Positions 54,572 through 64,000 of a stretch of DNA of 64,000 bases are shown here, piece after piece. The notes beneath the pieces are model-generated. The model saw only the letters and a list, made by a program, of their open reading frames with translations. It did not search any database and had not been told where the DNA came from. A program made the position numbers and the translations under genes. Position 1 is the stretch's first letter. Each line of letters opens with the position of its first letter. The DNA comes from a virus: positions 20,945 through 84,944 of IMG/VR virus record IMGVR_UViG_3300047508_000198; one strand, 5' to 3'.

Positions 54572-55402
54572 TCACTTCTTGGTCTTCTTGACGTCAGCCT
54601 GCCCCTCGTCCTCAGCTGCCGGGAGGGTCTCGGTCTCCTCGGTGTCGGCGGCCGGCAGGACGGCCGTCTCCTCCTCGCCGGGTACGTCGATGGCGGCCGT
54701 CGGCTCGTCGGCCGCGATCAGCATCCCGGCGGTCGCGGCCAGGTCCAGGGCCTCCGGTGCCTCCAGGGCGGCGGTCGGCTCCGTGCTCTCCAGGACCCCG
54801 CCGTCCGGGCCGACGGTGACCGTGGACCCGCCCGGGAAGGTGAACTTGACCGTCTCGACGGGCTCGTCCTGCGGCAGGTACTCCTCGATCTCCGCGTCGG
54901 TCAGGCTGCGGATCATCACGCCCTCGTCGGTGATGTCCTCGCAGAGGACCGGCCGGGGCTCCCCGGCCCACTCGATCATCAGGACGTCGCCCTTGCGCAG
55001 GGTGAAGCTGACGTCGTGCGGGCCCAGCCGCCGGTAGCCGTTGATGGAGAACTGGGCGTCGGGCAGCTGCACGATCCGGGGCAGCAGGTGCAGGGCGTTG
55101 ATGTTCTGCCGGTACAGCCAGGTCAGGAACATCTCGAACAGCGGGCAGACCCAGATCCGGTGCTTCTCCAGGTCGGCGCGGGCCATGCCGTTCGGATTGA
55201 AGATAGCGGCCTCGCCGGTCTGCAGGTCGAAGACCCAGATGTGCTCCGGCGTCCAGCCGATCTGCTGGAGCAGCGGGTACGGCGTCCCCGGGTCGATCTC
55301 CGAGCGGGCCGACCATTCCAGGTCCGGCACGCCGACCATGAACTTGCCCCAGTTCAGCGGGATGCCGATGTCCTGGACTCCCTCGAACAGGAATGTTCTC
55401 AC
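54572..55402 (-). CDS. Hypothetical protein with acidic tail
   Basis: NWGKFMV..WVFDLQTGE..HRIWVCPLFE. Confidence 0.65.
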   Translation of the reverse strand: MRTFLFEGVQDIGIPLNWGKFMVGVPDLEWSARSEIDPGTPYPLLQQIGWTPEHIWVFDLQTGEAAIFNPNGMARADLEKHRIWVCPLFEMFLTWLYRQNINALHLLPRIVQLPDAQFSINGYRRLGPHDVSFTLRKGDVLMIEWAGEPRPVLCEDITDEGVMIRSLTDAEIEEYLPQDEPVETVKFTFPGGSTVTVGPDGGVLESTEPTAALEAPEALDLAATAGMLIAADEPTAAIDVPGEEETAVLPAADTEETETLPAAEDEGQADVKKTKK

Positions 55403-56427
55403 GTGACCTCCGTAAAGATGCGTTTACGTACGATCTCGCACAGCTCGGGCTGCGACCGCAGCAGCTGGACGGCCGCGCCGCGGCCCTTTACCTTGGGCTG
55501 GCCGGGCAGCGTGTAGTTGCCCGCCCCGTCCCGCTCGATGGCGCCTGTGCGCACGCCGACCGAGATGTACTCGTCGATCGCGTTGATGCCCGCCGGGCCG
55601 TACTCGGCGGTGTCCCGGTTGTTCACCCAGAACTCGGCGATCCGGCCGGGCGGCCCGACCTTCATGCGGGTCACCTTGGCCTTGAACTGCAGGCAGACCA
55701 TCTCCGGCGGCTGGCCCTCCTCGAAGATCATGCTCACCGGGTCCTCACGCCCGCCGGACATGGCGATGCGCGTGGTCGTGGCGTGCTTCATCTCCTTGGG
55801 CCCGGCGCTGACGTCGCCGCCCATCCCGCCGATGTTAGCCCGCAGCTGGTTGACCAGGATCACGGTCGTGCCGGTGTTGCGGGTCAGCGAGCCCAGGTGC
55901 TTGCACATCCGGGTGATCACCTGGGCGTTGCGGCCGGGCAGCTCGTCCTTGGCGTCCTTGGCCAGCGCCTTGCGCGACTCCATGGCGCCGATCGAGTCGA
56001 GCACGACCATCGAGTACAGCCCGGAGCGGACCAGGCTGCGCACCTGGTCCGAGGCGTCCTCGCTGTCATCGGCGTACAGGTGGGTCCACTGCTCGCCGCC
56101 GATGACCAGGCCGTTGCGGGTGGCCCACTCATCATCGAACGTGCCCTCCATGTCGACGTAGCCGACGCCCTTGCGGGGGAACTGCCGCTGGGCCCGCGCC
56201 ATGGCGCAGATGACGAGCGTGGTCTTGGCCGAGTCGGGCGCGCCGACGATCTCGTGCTCCCGGCCGCGGACCAGGCCGCCCCGGCGCAGCGCCCAGTCCA
56301 GTGTCAGGCTGCCGCTGGAAATCACCTCGTACGGGGCAGGCTTCTCCCGGGGCGGCGCCACCCGGTCGCCGTACGTCTTGACCAGGCCGTCGCGGAACTT
56401 GGCCAGCTCGGTCTGCCTAGGTGGCAC
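55399..56427 (-). CDS. recA: RecA-like recombinase
   Basis: ISSGSLTLDWAL..GG, Walker A GAPDSAKTT, YVDMEG, VVLDSIGAM, VNQLR. Confidence 0.92.
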   Translation of the reverse strand: MPPRQTELAKFRDGLVKTYGDRVAPPREKPAPYEVISSGSLTLDWALRRGGLVRGREHEIVGAPDSAKTTLVICAMARAQRQFPRKGVGYVDMEGTFDDEWATRNGLVIGGEQWTHLYADDSEDASDQVRSLVRSGLYSMVVLDSIGAMESRKALAKDAKDELPGRNAQVITRMCKHLGSLTRNTGTTVILVNQLRANIGGMGGDVSAGPKEMKHATTTRIAMSGGREDPVSMIFEEGQPPEMVCLQFKAKVTRMKVGPPGRIAEFWVNNRDTAEYGPAGINAIDEYISVGVRTGAIERDGAGNYTLPGQPKVKGRGAAVQLLRSQPELCEIVRKRIFTEVT

Positions 56428-56749
56428 TGGCGTCCTCCGGCTCCTTGGGGGTGACCAGGTACCCGTTACTCTCCAGCAGCTCGCGCATCTTAGCCAGGCG
56501 GCGCTCGCGGATCAGGGCAGCCTCTTCCTCGGTGATGAACGACTCCTTCAGCTCCAGGTCACCGACCTCGATGCCGTCACGCCAGTCGACGATCTCGACG
56601 GTGCGTTCAATCACCGGCTCCCGGAAGGCGGTGGCGGCCACTGTCACCACGAGCTTGACTGGGATTTCCCCGCGCTTCAGCTGCGGCAGGCTCTTGGTCA
56701 TCCGCTCGACCTTGTGCGGGCTCACCACCAGGAAGATCGTCTCCTGCAC
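56417..56749 (-). CDS. Hypothetical protein
   Basis: GGAGG RBS; packing. Confidence 0.65.
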   Translation of the reverse strand: MQETIFLVVSPHKVERMTKSLPQLKRGEIPVKLVVTVAATAFREPVIERTVEIVDWRDGIEVGDLELKESFITEEEAALIRERRLAKMRELLESNGYLVTPKEPEDASAT

Positions 56750-56947
56750 CGCCGGTCACCTCCTCGCCTATCGTGCGCAGCGCCAGGTCGGCCGTCTTGC
56801 GGGTCCTGCACGGCCAGATCCGGGCGCAGGGAATGCAGATCACGTAGTTCCGGCCCGGTGGCGGCACCGGGGTCCGCGGGCTGTGCTCGTCCCGGATGGT
56901 CACCAGGGCATCGCGCAGGATCCGGACCTGCTCCTGCAGGGGGAACG

Positions 56948-57142
56948 TCATACGCCCTCCCGCTCCAGCCCGGTCAGCGGGCCGAGCAGCGCCCGCCACT
57001 GGCCGCCGGTCAGCGGCGCCCACGGATCGGGGCCCTTGCAGCCGTTGTAGCGGGGGTGCTCCAGCCGCGTCCGGCGGCTGAAGCACAGGCCGCACTCGAT
57101 GCCGGAGCGGCACTCCTCGCCGGGCGCCATGAACAGCGGCAT
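56948..57142 (-). CDS. Small Cys-containing protein
   Basis: C..ECGLC..H..C; packing. Confidence 0.45.
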   Translation of the reverse strand: MPLFMAPGEECRSGIECGLCFSRRTRLEHPRYNGCKGPDPWAPLTGGQWRALLGPLTGLEREGV

Positions 57143-57317
57143 CAGGCCACCCTCGTCCCGGCCTGGGCCTGATGCCGGAACAGCGCGTTAGCCGCGCCGT
57201 CAGCAGTCAGGCACGGCCGGGTCACGTGCCCGCAGTTGCACGCGGCCCGGATCAGGATCAGCCAGGCCCGGCGCAGCTCGTTGAACCCGCAATCCGGTGA
57301 GACCTCGTACAGCCCCA

Positions 57318-57521
57318 TCAGCCAGCCTTCTCCTCGGGCGGGCCAGGCTCGGCCACGCCCTTCAGCGGGCCGCGCAGGATCCGGCGCAGTCGGCCCAGGT
57401 CGTAGTCCGGCAACGCGGCCAGGGCCAGCGCGATCTCGCCGTCAGCGCAGGCGAGCACGAAGCGCAGGTGCGTGCCGCAGAAGTCGCCGTGAAGCTGCGG
57501 CCCCTTCTGGTGACCACTCAT
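57318..57521 (-). CDS. Hypothetical protein
   Basis: AGGAGG RBS; ATGA overlap with dnaE. Confidence 0.5.
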   Translation of the reverse strand: MSGHQKGPQLHGDFCGTHLRFVLACADGEIALALAALPDYDLGRLRRILRGPLKGVAEPGPPEEKAG

Positions 57522-60500
57522 CCGAGCCTCCTGATCGCCTGCAGCCGGTTGGACGTCCGCTTCACCCCGCCCTTGACGTAGTACGACCGCTCGACGGTGA
57601 CCAGGACCAGCGCTCCTTCCTGCAGGAAGCGCATGACCGTGATCAGGTCGGGGTCATCCTCGCTGCGGGCGGAGAAGACGGCAATATCAATATAGCTTGA
57701 TTCCGTCGCCAGTGTCAGCCAGACCATCACCGAGCCCGTCCGGGTGTGGGCGAAGCTGCGCCGGGCGACCACCCCGGGCAGCAGGTGGGTGCCCGGCGGC
57801 AGCGCCGGCCACTTGACGGCCATCTCACGGGCCAGGGCGCGGCCCGCCGGGGTGATCTTGTCCAGCAGCTCGAACAGGTCCGGCGACAGCCAGGTGCCGT
57901 AGATCTCGGTCTCCAGGTGCCACAGCTGAGCCGGGGTGTATTCCCCGCCCACCGCCAGCGAGGCCGGGTCCGGCGGCGAGTAGTGACGGCAGGCCCGGGT
58001 GCACCTGGCCGGCAGCCGCAGCGGGATGGGCTTCAGCTCCTTGCCGGTGCGCTCGCTGATCCGGATCGGCACCGGCTCCGAGGACCAGTCGTAGTGGCAG
58101 GGCAGCCCGCCGGGCCCGGAGAACTCCTCGTCCTTGAACACGCACTTGGTCAGGTCCCCGCTGCGCTCGACGTCCAGGGACTGCACCAGGCCGTGCCGGG
58201 ACGGCACCAGGCTGTCCAGGGCGCCCGCCCGCGCCAGCGCGTAGACGATGCCGTTGTTGACCCCCGAGCGGGACAGGAAGTCCGTGTAGGAGTTATACGG
58301 GTGACTGCCCATGATCTGGGTCAGGGCGTGCGGGCCGACGCTGGTGATGGCGTCCAGGCCGTACCGGATGGAGATCTGCTCAGCCGCGAAGCCCTGCACG
58401 TTCCGGTTGATGTCCGGCGGCAGCACGGTCACGCCAAGCCGCCGGGCCTCGGTCACATACCCCGCGATGCGGTCCTTCTCCTCGACCGTCGAGCAGATCG
58501 CGGCCAGCGTCTCGACCGGGTAGTGCGCCTTCAGCCATGCTGTCCAGTAGGCAAGCAGCCCGTAGGAGTAGGCATGCGCGAGGTTGAACGCATACTTGCC
58601 GAATTCAGCCATCTTGGCCCAGAGCTGGCTGGCTTCGGCGCGGGGAATCCCGTTAGCCTCGCAGCGATCAGCGAACTCCAGGCCCGCCTGGTCGATCTTC
58701 TCGGTGAGCTTCTTGCCCAGTATTTTCCGGACGGCATCGGCTTCGGCGCCGTCATAGCCCGCGAGAAGTGTGCAGGCCAGGAGAATGTCCTCCTGGTAGA
58801 GCAGGATCCCGTAGCGGCCCTGGAGCGCCTCTGCGAGCAGTGGGTGCGGGTATTTCACCTCCTCACGGCCACTACGTCGCGCGAAATAGTCCTCGGTCAT
58901 TCCCGAGTTGCGGGGACCGGGCCGGACCAGGGCGTTGATGTCGGCCAGCTCGGCCAGTGAGCTGGGCTTCATCCGGCGGGACAGCTGGCTGCCCAGGCTG
59001 GTCTCGATCTGGAACATGCCCAGGGTGTGGCCGGTGCTGATCTCCTCCCAGACCTGCGGGTCGTTATACTCCGTGCGCCAGCGAGCCGGGTCCGGGCGGG
59101 TCCCGGTGCGCTGCTCGATCAGGGTCAGCGCTTCCTGGATCGAATCCAGTGTGCGCAGGGTGAGAAAATCCAGCTTCAGCAGTCCCTGGGCCTCCATGTC
59201 GCGGAAGTCCCACTGGCTGACCATGGACCGGTCCTCGGCCGAAGCGATGCGCATCGGCAGCAGGCCCTCCAGCGGGGCCGAGGTAGAGATGACCAGCCCC
59301 GCCGGGTGCTTGCCGTAGGCGTGGACCCGGCCGACCAGCTTGCCCGCGGTGGCGAACACCGCGGCGTACTTGGCGATGAACGGCTCCAGCTCGGCGCTGG
59401 ACTCGATCAGGTCGGTCCAGGGCAGGCCGAGCCCGGCGGTGTGCGACTCGGCCTCGTCGATGATCGCGGCGATCTGGCGCGAGTCCGGGAAGCAGTCGTC
59501 CGGCAGCTGATCGGCGTTCAGCGCGAAGAGCTTGTTCAGGATCGACTTGGCCCGGTAGCGCATGTTGGTGCCGACCCGGACCACGTTGGCCGCGCCGTAC
59601 TTGCGGGTCATGTACCCCTGCACCTGGTCCCGCTTGGAGCTGGGGAAGTCCATGTCGAAGTCGGGCAGCGCGGTGCGGCCCGGGGTCAGGAACCGGCTGA
59701 ACAGCAGCCCGGTCTCCAGCGGGTCGGCCACGGTGATGCCGAGCAGGTAGCTCATCAGCGAGCCCGCGGCGCTGCCGCGGCCGGGGCCGACCAGGATGCG
59801 CTCGCCGCGGGCCCACCGGCACACGTCGTCGACCACCAGGTAGCAGCCTGCCAGGTTCTTATCTGCTACCAGGCGGTGCTCCTCCTGAAGCCGGTTCAGG
59901 TAGTCCCACTCGGTGCCGCCGCGGAACTCGATCCGAGTCATCGCCTCCGAGCAGCGCTCCAGCAACACCTGGGCGTCCTCGCGCGGGCTGCCGTGGAAGA
60001 CCGGCGGCTCGGCCGACGGCTCGACCCGGGCGGTGCACTGCTCGGCGATCAGCGCGGCGTTGCCCACCGCGGCGTCCACCACCCGGGGATCGAGGTAGCC
60101 GAGCCCGGCCCGCGTCTCGGCCTCGGTCCACATCGGGTCGATCATCCAGTAGTCTTCCTGCGACTTCGAGGTCCGCAGGGCCATCCAGGTCTTGTGCAGC
60201 GCCCAGTCAGACGGCGTGGAGTAGTGCGAGTCGGCGGCGGCCACCAGCGGGATGCCGGACTGCTCGGACAGCAGCACCAGCAGCTTGTTCAGCTTGATCT
60301 GCTCGGGGATGGCGTTGGGCTGGATCTCCAGGTACAGGCGGCCATGGAACAGGCCGTCCAGGCGGCGCATGAGCCCGGCCACGGCGGTGTAGTCCCCGGC
60401 CAGCATCGGCTTGGAGATGATGCCGCCCAGGCAGGCGGTGGTGACGATCAGCTCCGAGCCGTACTTCTCCAGCAGCTCCCAGTCGCACCGGGGCTTGTGG

Positions 60501-60859
60501 TAGAAGCCAGTGGCGAATGCCTCAGTCGACAGCGCCCACAGGTCCCGCAATCCTTTGCTGCTCTGCGCCAGCAGGACGAGGTGCCGGTTGGCGCGCAGCC
60601 GCTTCTGCATCTCCTTATCGCCGGGCGTCGGCTGCTCGGTGCGATACGGCACGAAGTAGGTCTCCATGCCGAACAGCGCCTTGACGCCCGCGGCGTCGCA
60701 GGCGCGCTGGTGGTCCGGGTGCCCGGCGCAGGTGCCGTGGTCGGTGACGGCCGCCGCCAGGTTGCCATCCAGAGTGGCGCGGGCGGCGATCTCCTCGCAG
60801 TTCTGGAGACCATCCAGTTGCGAGAACTCGCTGTGCGTATGCACATGGGCGAACGTCAT
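57518..60859 (-). CDS. dnaE: DNA polymerase III alpha subunit (family C)
   Basis: PHP HVHTHSEFSQLDG/TDHG, GPGRGSAAGSL, PDFDMDF, HPAG, LKLDFL, FQIE, RPGP, YAFNLAHA. Confidence 0.97.
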   Translation of the reverse strand: MTFAHVHTHSEFSQLDGLQNCEEIAARATLDGNLAAAVTDHGTCAGHPDHQRACDAAGVKALFGMETYFVPYRTEQPTPGDKEMQKRLRANRHLVLLAQSSKGLRDLWALSTEAFATGFYHKPRCDWELLEKYGSELIVTTACLGGIISKPMLAGDYTAVAGLMRRLDGLFHGRLYLEIQPNAIPEQIKLNKLLVLLSEQSGIPLVAAADSHYSTPSDWALHKTWMALRTSKSQEDYWMIDPMWTEAETRAGLGYLDPRVVDAAVGNAALIAEQCTARVEPSAEPPVFHGSPREDAQVLLERCSEAMTRIEFRGGTEWDYLNRLQEEHRLVADKNLAGCYLVVDDVCRWARGERILVGPGRGSAAGSLMSYLLGITVADPLETGLLFSRFLTPGRTALPDFDMDFPSSKRDQVQGYMTRKYGAANVVRVGTNMRYRAKSILNKLFALNADQLPDDCFPDSRQIAAIIDEAESHTAGLGLPWTDLIESSAELEPFIAKYAAVFATAGKLVGRVHAYGKHPAGLVISTSAPLEGLLPMRIASAEDRSMVSQWDFRDMEAQGLLKLDFLTLRTLDSIQEALTLIEQRTGTRPDPARWRTEYNDPQVWEEISTGHTLGMFQIETSLGSQLSRRMKPSSLAELADINALVRPGPRNSGMTEDYFARRSGREEVKYPHPLLAEALQGRYGILLYQEDILLACTLLAGYDGAEADAVRKILGKKLTEKIDQAGLEFADRCEANGIPRAEASQLWAKMAEFGKYAFNLAHAYSYGLLAYWTAWLKAHYPVETLAAICSTVEEKDRIAGYVTEARRLGVTVLPPDINRNVQGFAAEQISIRYGLDAITSVGPHALTQIMGSHPYNSYTDFLSRSGVNNGIVYALARAGALDSLVPSRHGLVQSLDVERSGDLTKCVFKDEEFSGPGGLPCHYDWSSEPVPIRISERTGKELKPIPLRLPARCTRACRHYSPPDPASLAVGGEYTPAQLWHLETEIYGTWLSPDLFELLDKITPAGRALAREMAVKWPALPPGTHLLPGVVARRSFAHTRTGSVMVWLTLATESSYIDIAVFSARSEDDPDLITVMRFLQEGALVLVTVERSYYVKGGVKRTSNRLQAIRRLG

Positions 60860-60920
60860 GGCCGGTCCCGCATACTACAAATCGTAATCAGAGCCGGTCC
60901 AGGAGGCTCCATCCGGCGCG

Positions 60921-60953
60921 GGTGAAGGGGCCGGGAGGCCCGGCCCCTTCGCC
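60921..60953 (-). terminator. Hairpin downstream of SSB-like gene
   Basis: GAAGGGGCCGGG-AGG-CCCGGCCCCTTC. Confidence 0.5.
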
Positions 60954-61037
60954 GCGCTCCGCCCGCTGTGAGGGGGTGGCGGAGATCCTGATCACTGGGC
61001 TCCGTGTCTGCGGCACGCAAGAACCCGGGCGCTCAGG

Positions 61038-62021
61038 TCAGGTCGGTTCGGTCCCGGAGAAGGCCTTGGCCATCTCGGTGCGCATCCGGTCGGCTTCGGC
61101 GTCGTCGAGCACGGTCTCGCCGGCCGTGGCATCGGCCGCGGTCCCGTTGCCGGACGCGGCGGCGGTGCCGCCTTCCTCGTCCTCGCTCGGGTCCTTCCAC
61201 TCCGGGTCGAAGAACCGGCCGTAGTAGTCCGGGCTGGACTGGTACGTGATGACGCCCTCGACCGACAGGTCACGCAGTGCCAGCGCATCGGTGTACCGCT
61301 GCCAGGCCGGGGTGCCGGGCTTGAGGTCGGGGGTCGCGGGGCCGGGGGAGACGGTGTAGTCGTTGTCGACGCGCTCGATGCCGAAGTCCTTGTCGCAGAT
61401 CGTGTCGGTCATGAACGCCGAGGCGGCGAACTGGGCCCAGAAGTTGGACCAGGACTGGCTGGCGATGACGATCTTGGGGATCTTGTGGGTCTTGCCGTCC
61501 GAGTCGGTGAAGTCCTCCAGCACATCCTTGAAGCCGGTGATCTTGCCGTTGTCGTAAATGGCCTCGCGCAGCACGAACAGGCCCCAGATCTGCGTCTTGG
61601 GGACAGCGACCGAGACCTTGAACCGGCCCATGACGTTCTGCATGTGCTCGTGGATGTAGCAGTGCCCGTAGCCCTCTTCGTAGACGGGCTCGCCCTCCTG
61701 CGGGTTATCGCCGCCGCCCTCGTAGTGGTCGATGAACGCCGGGGCGTTCTGGCAGACCGCGGACATCTGGCCGGGCCAGTTGTCTTCCTTGACGTTCTTG
61801 GGGTGCGGCTTGGTCGGCACGCCCATGTGCACGTCGATGGTGATGATGGCGTCCAGGTCGGTCAGGGGCCGCAGGATCTTGCGCTCCCCCGACTTGATGC
61901 TCAGGAAGGAGGCCCGCTGGCCCCCGGCGGCCTTGGACTGGGCCTCGGCGACCTCAGTGCCCCTGTTGAAGTTCGGCAACTCTCGGCTCCTCGTCTTCAG
62001 TTCTCCGCGACGAGCCCCCAT
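61038..62021 (-). CDS. Probable single-stranded DNA-binding protein (gp32-like); start possibly TTG near 61979
   Basis: FLSIKSGERKILRPLTD; OB-like beta segments; acidic C-terminus; location beside dnaE. Confidence 0.6.
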   Translation of the reverse strand: MGARRGELKTRSRELPNFNRGTEVAEAQSKAAGGQRASFLSIKSGERKILRPLTDLDAIITIDVHMGVPTKPHPKNVKEDNWPGQMSAVCQNAPAFIDHYEGGGDNPQEGEPVYEEGYGHCYIHEHMQNVMGRFKVSVAVPKTQIWGLFVLREAIYDNGKITGFKDVLEDFTDSDGKTHKIPKIVIASQSWSNFWAQFAASAFMTDTICDKDFGIERVDNDYTVSPGPATPDLKPGTPAWQRYTDALALRDLSVEGVITYQSSPDYYGRFFDPEWKDPSEDEEGGTAAASGNGTAADATAGETVLDDAEADRMRTEMAKAFSGTEPT

Positions 62022-62977
62022 GCCACTACGGCGTCTGCTGCCTTCTCCGGCGAGGGCCCGCCCTTGCCGAGCAAGATTACTACGATTTTTGGATCAGGGG
62101 CAGGCCTGATCTCGAACGTCTCGCTGCTGCACCGGCCGACCGCGAACCGGGCCCGGATGCCCTGGGCGGCGAAGGCGCGGACCAGCATCAGCTGCCAGGC
62201 CTCCAGCTCCTCGATCTCGCAGGCACGCCACGTCGGCGCCGGGCCCGGCTCGGCGTACCAGGACCAGAGCAGCTCCCAGAACGCGGCCATGCGGCCCGTC
62301 AGGGGAGCGGGCCGAGGCGCTGGCGCCTGGCGCTCGTGCCCCTCCCCCTGGGGCCCGCCGCGAGGGCCGACGGAGAAGCCCCAGTCACCCAGCACGTCCT
62401 CCGGGGTGACTTCGGGGCGCCCCCGCGCGGCCATCGCCGACGCGGCTGCGTGCGCGGCCCGCTTCAGCATCTCCTCGGTGTCCTTGTCCTTCAGGAACAG
62501 GGAGCCGAGCGGAACGCGATCGTACTCGTGCCGGATGGCGTCGTTGAGCAGCTGGTGGGCCGCGTAGACCATGCGGGCGTTCCCGCGGCCCCGGATCATC
62601 ACGGTGCGCCTGACCAGCGCCGCGCGGATCTGCCTCTTGGTCGCCCGCCAGTCCAGGCCGAGGCGGCGGTAGTAGCCGCAGACGTCCCAGCACCAGGACG
62701 GGCTCGGCGCCAGCTCCTGGCACGAGCTGGCCTCATCCGGGCCCCACCCGTGCTTGACCAGCATGTCATCGCGGGTGGGCCGGTGGGTGATCTCGGCGAG
62801 CTGGCCGCGCCGGTCGGGAGCCGGCTGGTCGGCCGGGACCTGAGTCGCCGACCACTTCCACGGCTGCTCGGCATCCGGGTGGATGAAGGTGATGATCCGG
62901 GCACTGCCGCCGAGAAACTTCTGGTAGTGCCTGACCTCATCGTCAGTCAGGTAGTCACCCAGGTTCAGGTCGTCCAC
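61997..62977 (-). CDS. Protein with degenerate J-domain-like segment
   Basis: YYRRLGLDWRATKRQIRAA...AAHQLLNDAIRHEYD; lacks HPD within the J-like segment. Confidence 0.55.
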   Translation of the reverse strand: MDDLNLGDYLTDDEVRHYQKFLGGSARIITFIHPDAEQPWKWSATQVPADQPAPDRRGQLAEITHRPTRDDMLVKHGWGPDEASSCQELAPSPSWCWDVCGYYRRLGLDWRATKRQIRAALVRRTVMIRGRGNARMVYAAHQLLNDAIRHEYDRVPLGSLFLKDKDTEEMLKRAAHAAASAMAARGRPEVTPEDVLGDWGFSVGPRGGPQGEGHERQAPAPRPAPLTGRMAAFWELLWSWYAEPGPAPTWRACEIEELEAWQLMLVRAFAAQGIRARFAVGRCSSETFEIRPAPDPKIVVILLGKGGPSPEKAADAVVAWGLVAEN

Positions 62978-63243
62978 GGCTCACCCCCTTCACCGCCAGG
63001 GCGGTCACCGTCTCATGCGCACAGTCGCACAGGCGGCTGCCCGCCTTGTCGGTGTCGCTCAGCTCAGGATCGAGCTGGCGGGCCAGCTCCGGGCAGCCCT
63101 CATGGTCACGGTTGCGGCAGGGAGGGCAGATCACGCCTAGTCCTGGTCGCTCTCCTGGGACAGCTCCTGCTCATCCTTCTCGTCCCAGGGCGGGTCGGCT
63201 GCAGCCGTCTTGCGGAGCACGGCATCGTCCTCGACGCCGATGA

Positions 63244-63540
63244 TCATGCCGGCAGTCGCCTGCTTGCGGATGGACATAAGGCCTCCTCGGGTTGCCTCTC
63301 CTGGTCAGCGTACGCATCGGCTACCTGCTCTGCCCAGGCGTAGCCGCACGCCGAGCACCGACGGCACAGGTGCTCACCAGGCACGCGCGAGGCCGGGTCG
63401 AAGCCGCCGCAAGGCCATCTGGCATCGGCGTCCAGGACAGCGCCCGGATGCCAGACGACGGAGATCGCCTCGCCGCTGCATTTGCCGCAAATGCTTGACG
63501 GATCAAAAGGAGGGAGCGGGATGCCCTGGACTGCTGACAT
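63244..63540 (-). CDS. Zn-ribbon protein
   Basis: AAGGAGG RBS before MSAVQG; CGKC..GEHLCRRCSACGYAW. Confidence 0.6.
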   Translation of the reverse strand: MSAVQGIPLPPFDPSSICGKCSGEAISVVWHPGAVLDADARWPCGGFDPASRVPGEHLCRRCSACGYAWAEQVADAYADQERQPEEALCPSASRRLPA

Positions 63541-63547
63541 CCCGCCT

Positions 63548-63733
63548 CCTTGCCTGCCTTGCCGACCAAGCCTGAACGCACCGGGCTGAGCCGCTCCGTG
63601 ATAGACCACACCACGCCTGGACTGCCGAGCCTGGCCCCGCCGTGCACTGACCCGCCTGGACGAGCCGAGCCTTGACTGCCTCGCCTCACTACGCCAAACT
63701 GCCGATGCCCTGCCCAGCCTCGCCTCGGCTATC
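63548..63733 (-). repeat. GGY-NN pentamer mini-array 3
   Basis: GACTGCC at 63620 and 63674 (54 nt apart); RCC-NN phase; same GATAGCCRAGGC 5' end as array 1. Confidence 0.75.
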
Positions 63734-63767
63734 AATGATCTTAGTCCTTGTAGGGTTCCTCCAAACC

Positions 63768-63971
63768 GTCCCCAGGTCCCCAGGTCCCCAGGCAGTTCCC
63801 GGCTTTCTGAATAAGCTGCAAGCACGAGGCGGCATCGCCTCTGACGAACCAGACAGCCGGGAGCAAACCTGGCGCCGAAGCGCCTCAATCTCAAACACCC
63901 CCGGAAGTGCCTGGGGACATGGGGACATGGGGACAATCGCAGATCAGACCGGTCCCCAGGCATGTCCCCGG
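63768..63971. repeat. GTCCCCA direct and inverted repeats (possible replication-origin iterons)
   Basis: GTCCCCAG x3 at 63768-63791, TGGGGACA x3 at about 63912-63935, two more at about 63952-63970. Confidence 0.5.
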
Positions 63972-64000
63972 CAACCACCGTTACCAAATCTCAACCTGGG

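Noticed and set aside
57518-60859. Intein or intron in dnaE, recA or terL
   Set aside because: Lengths are normal and no splice-junction motifs were seen; only a mildly AT-richer patch near 58500-58900
1-64000. tRNA, rRNA, integrase or transposase genes
   Set aside because: None recognised by eye; a tRNAscan run would be needed to exclude tRNAs

Overview
High-GC 64-kb segment of a large tailed phage genome, probably infecting an actinobacterium. Gene content and order resemble large actinophage myoviruses of the Mycobacterium cluster C / Rhodococcus E3 type (inference, not searched). The minus strand carries DNA-metabolism genes (J-domain-like, SSB-like, dnaE, recA, two PD-(D/E)xK nucleases, ruvC, uracil-DNA glycosylase), terminase, portal and several very large modular proteins. 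A plus-strand block of small early genes (about 11.0-21.2 kb) is driven by repeated sigma-A-like promoters that contain a palindromic operator. Two systems stand out. (1) A stand-alone RAMP/Cas7-like gene (25020-26012) and a partner gene (24566-25042) are followed directly by a 2-kb non-coding array of GGY-NN pentamers punctuated by GGCAGTC. Two more orphan arrays lie at 6.4-8.0 kb and 63.5-63.7 kb. This looks like a non-CRISPR RNA-guided system with a gapped dinucleotide code, matching my recollection of the recently reported VIPR-type systems. (2) Three 1600-1750 aa polyproteins string together many ADP-ribosyltransferase-like, ParB/Srx, Nudix, SWIM and nucleotidyltransferase modules, separated by [KRH]-[TQE]-A linkers that suggest protease-processed virion cargo. 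All annotations come from reading motifs by eye; no searches were run.
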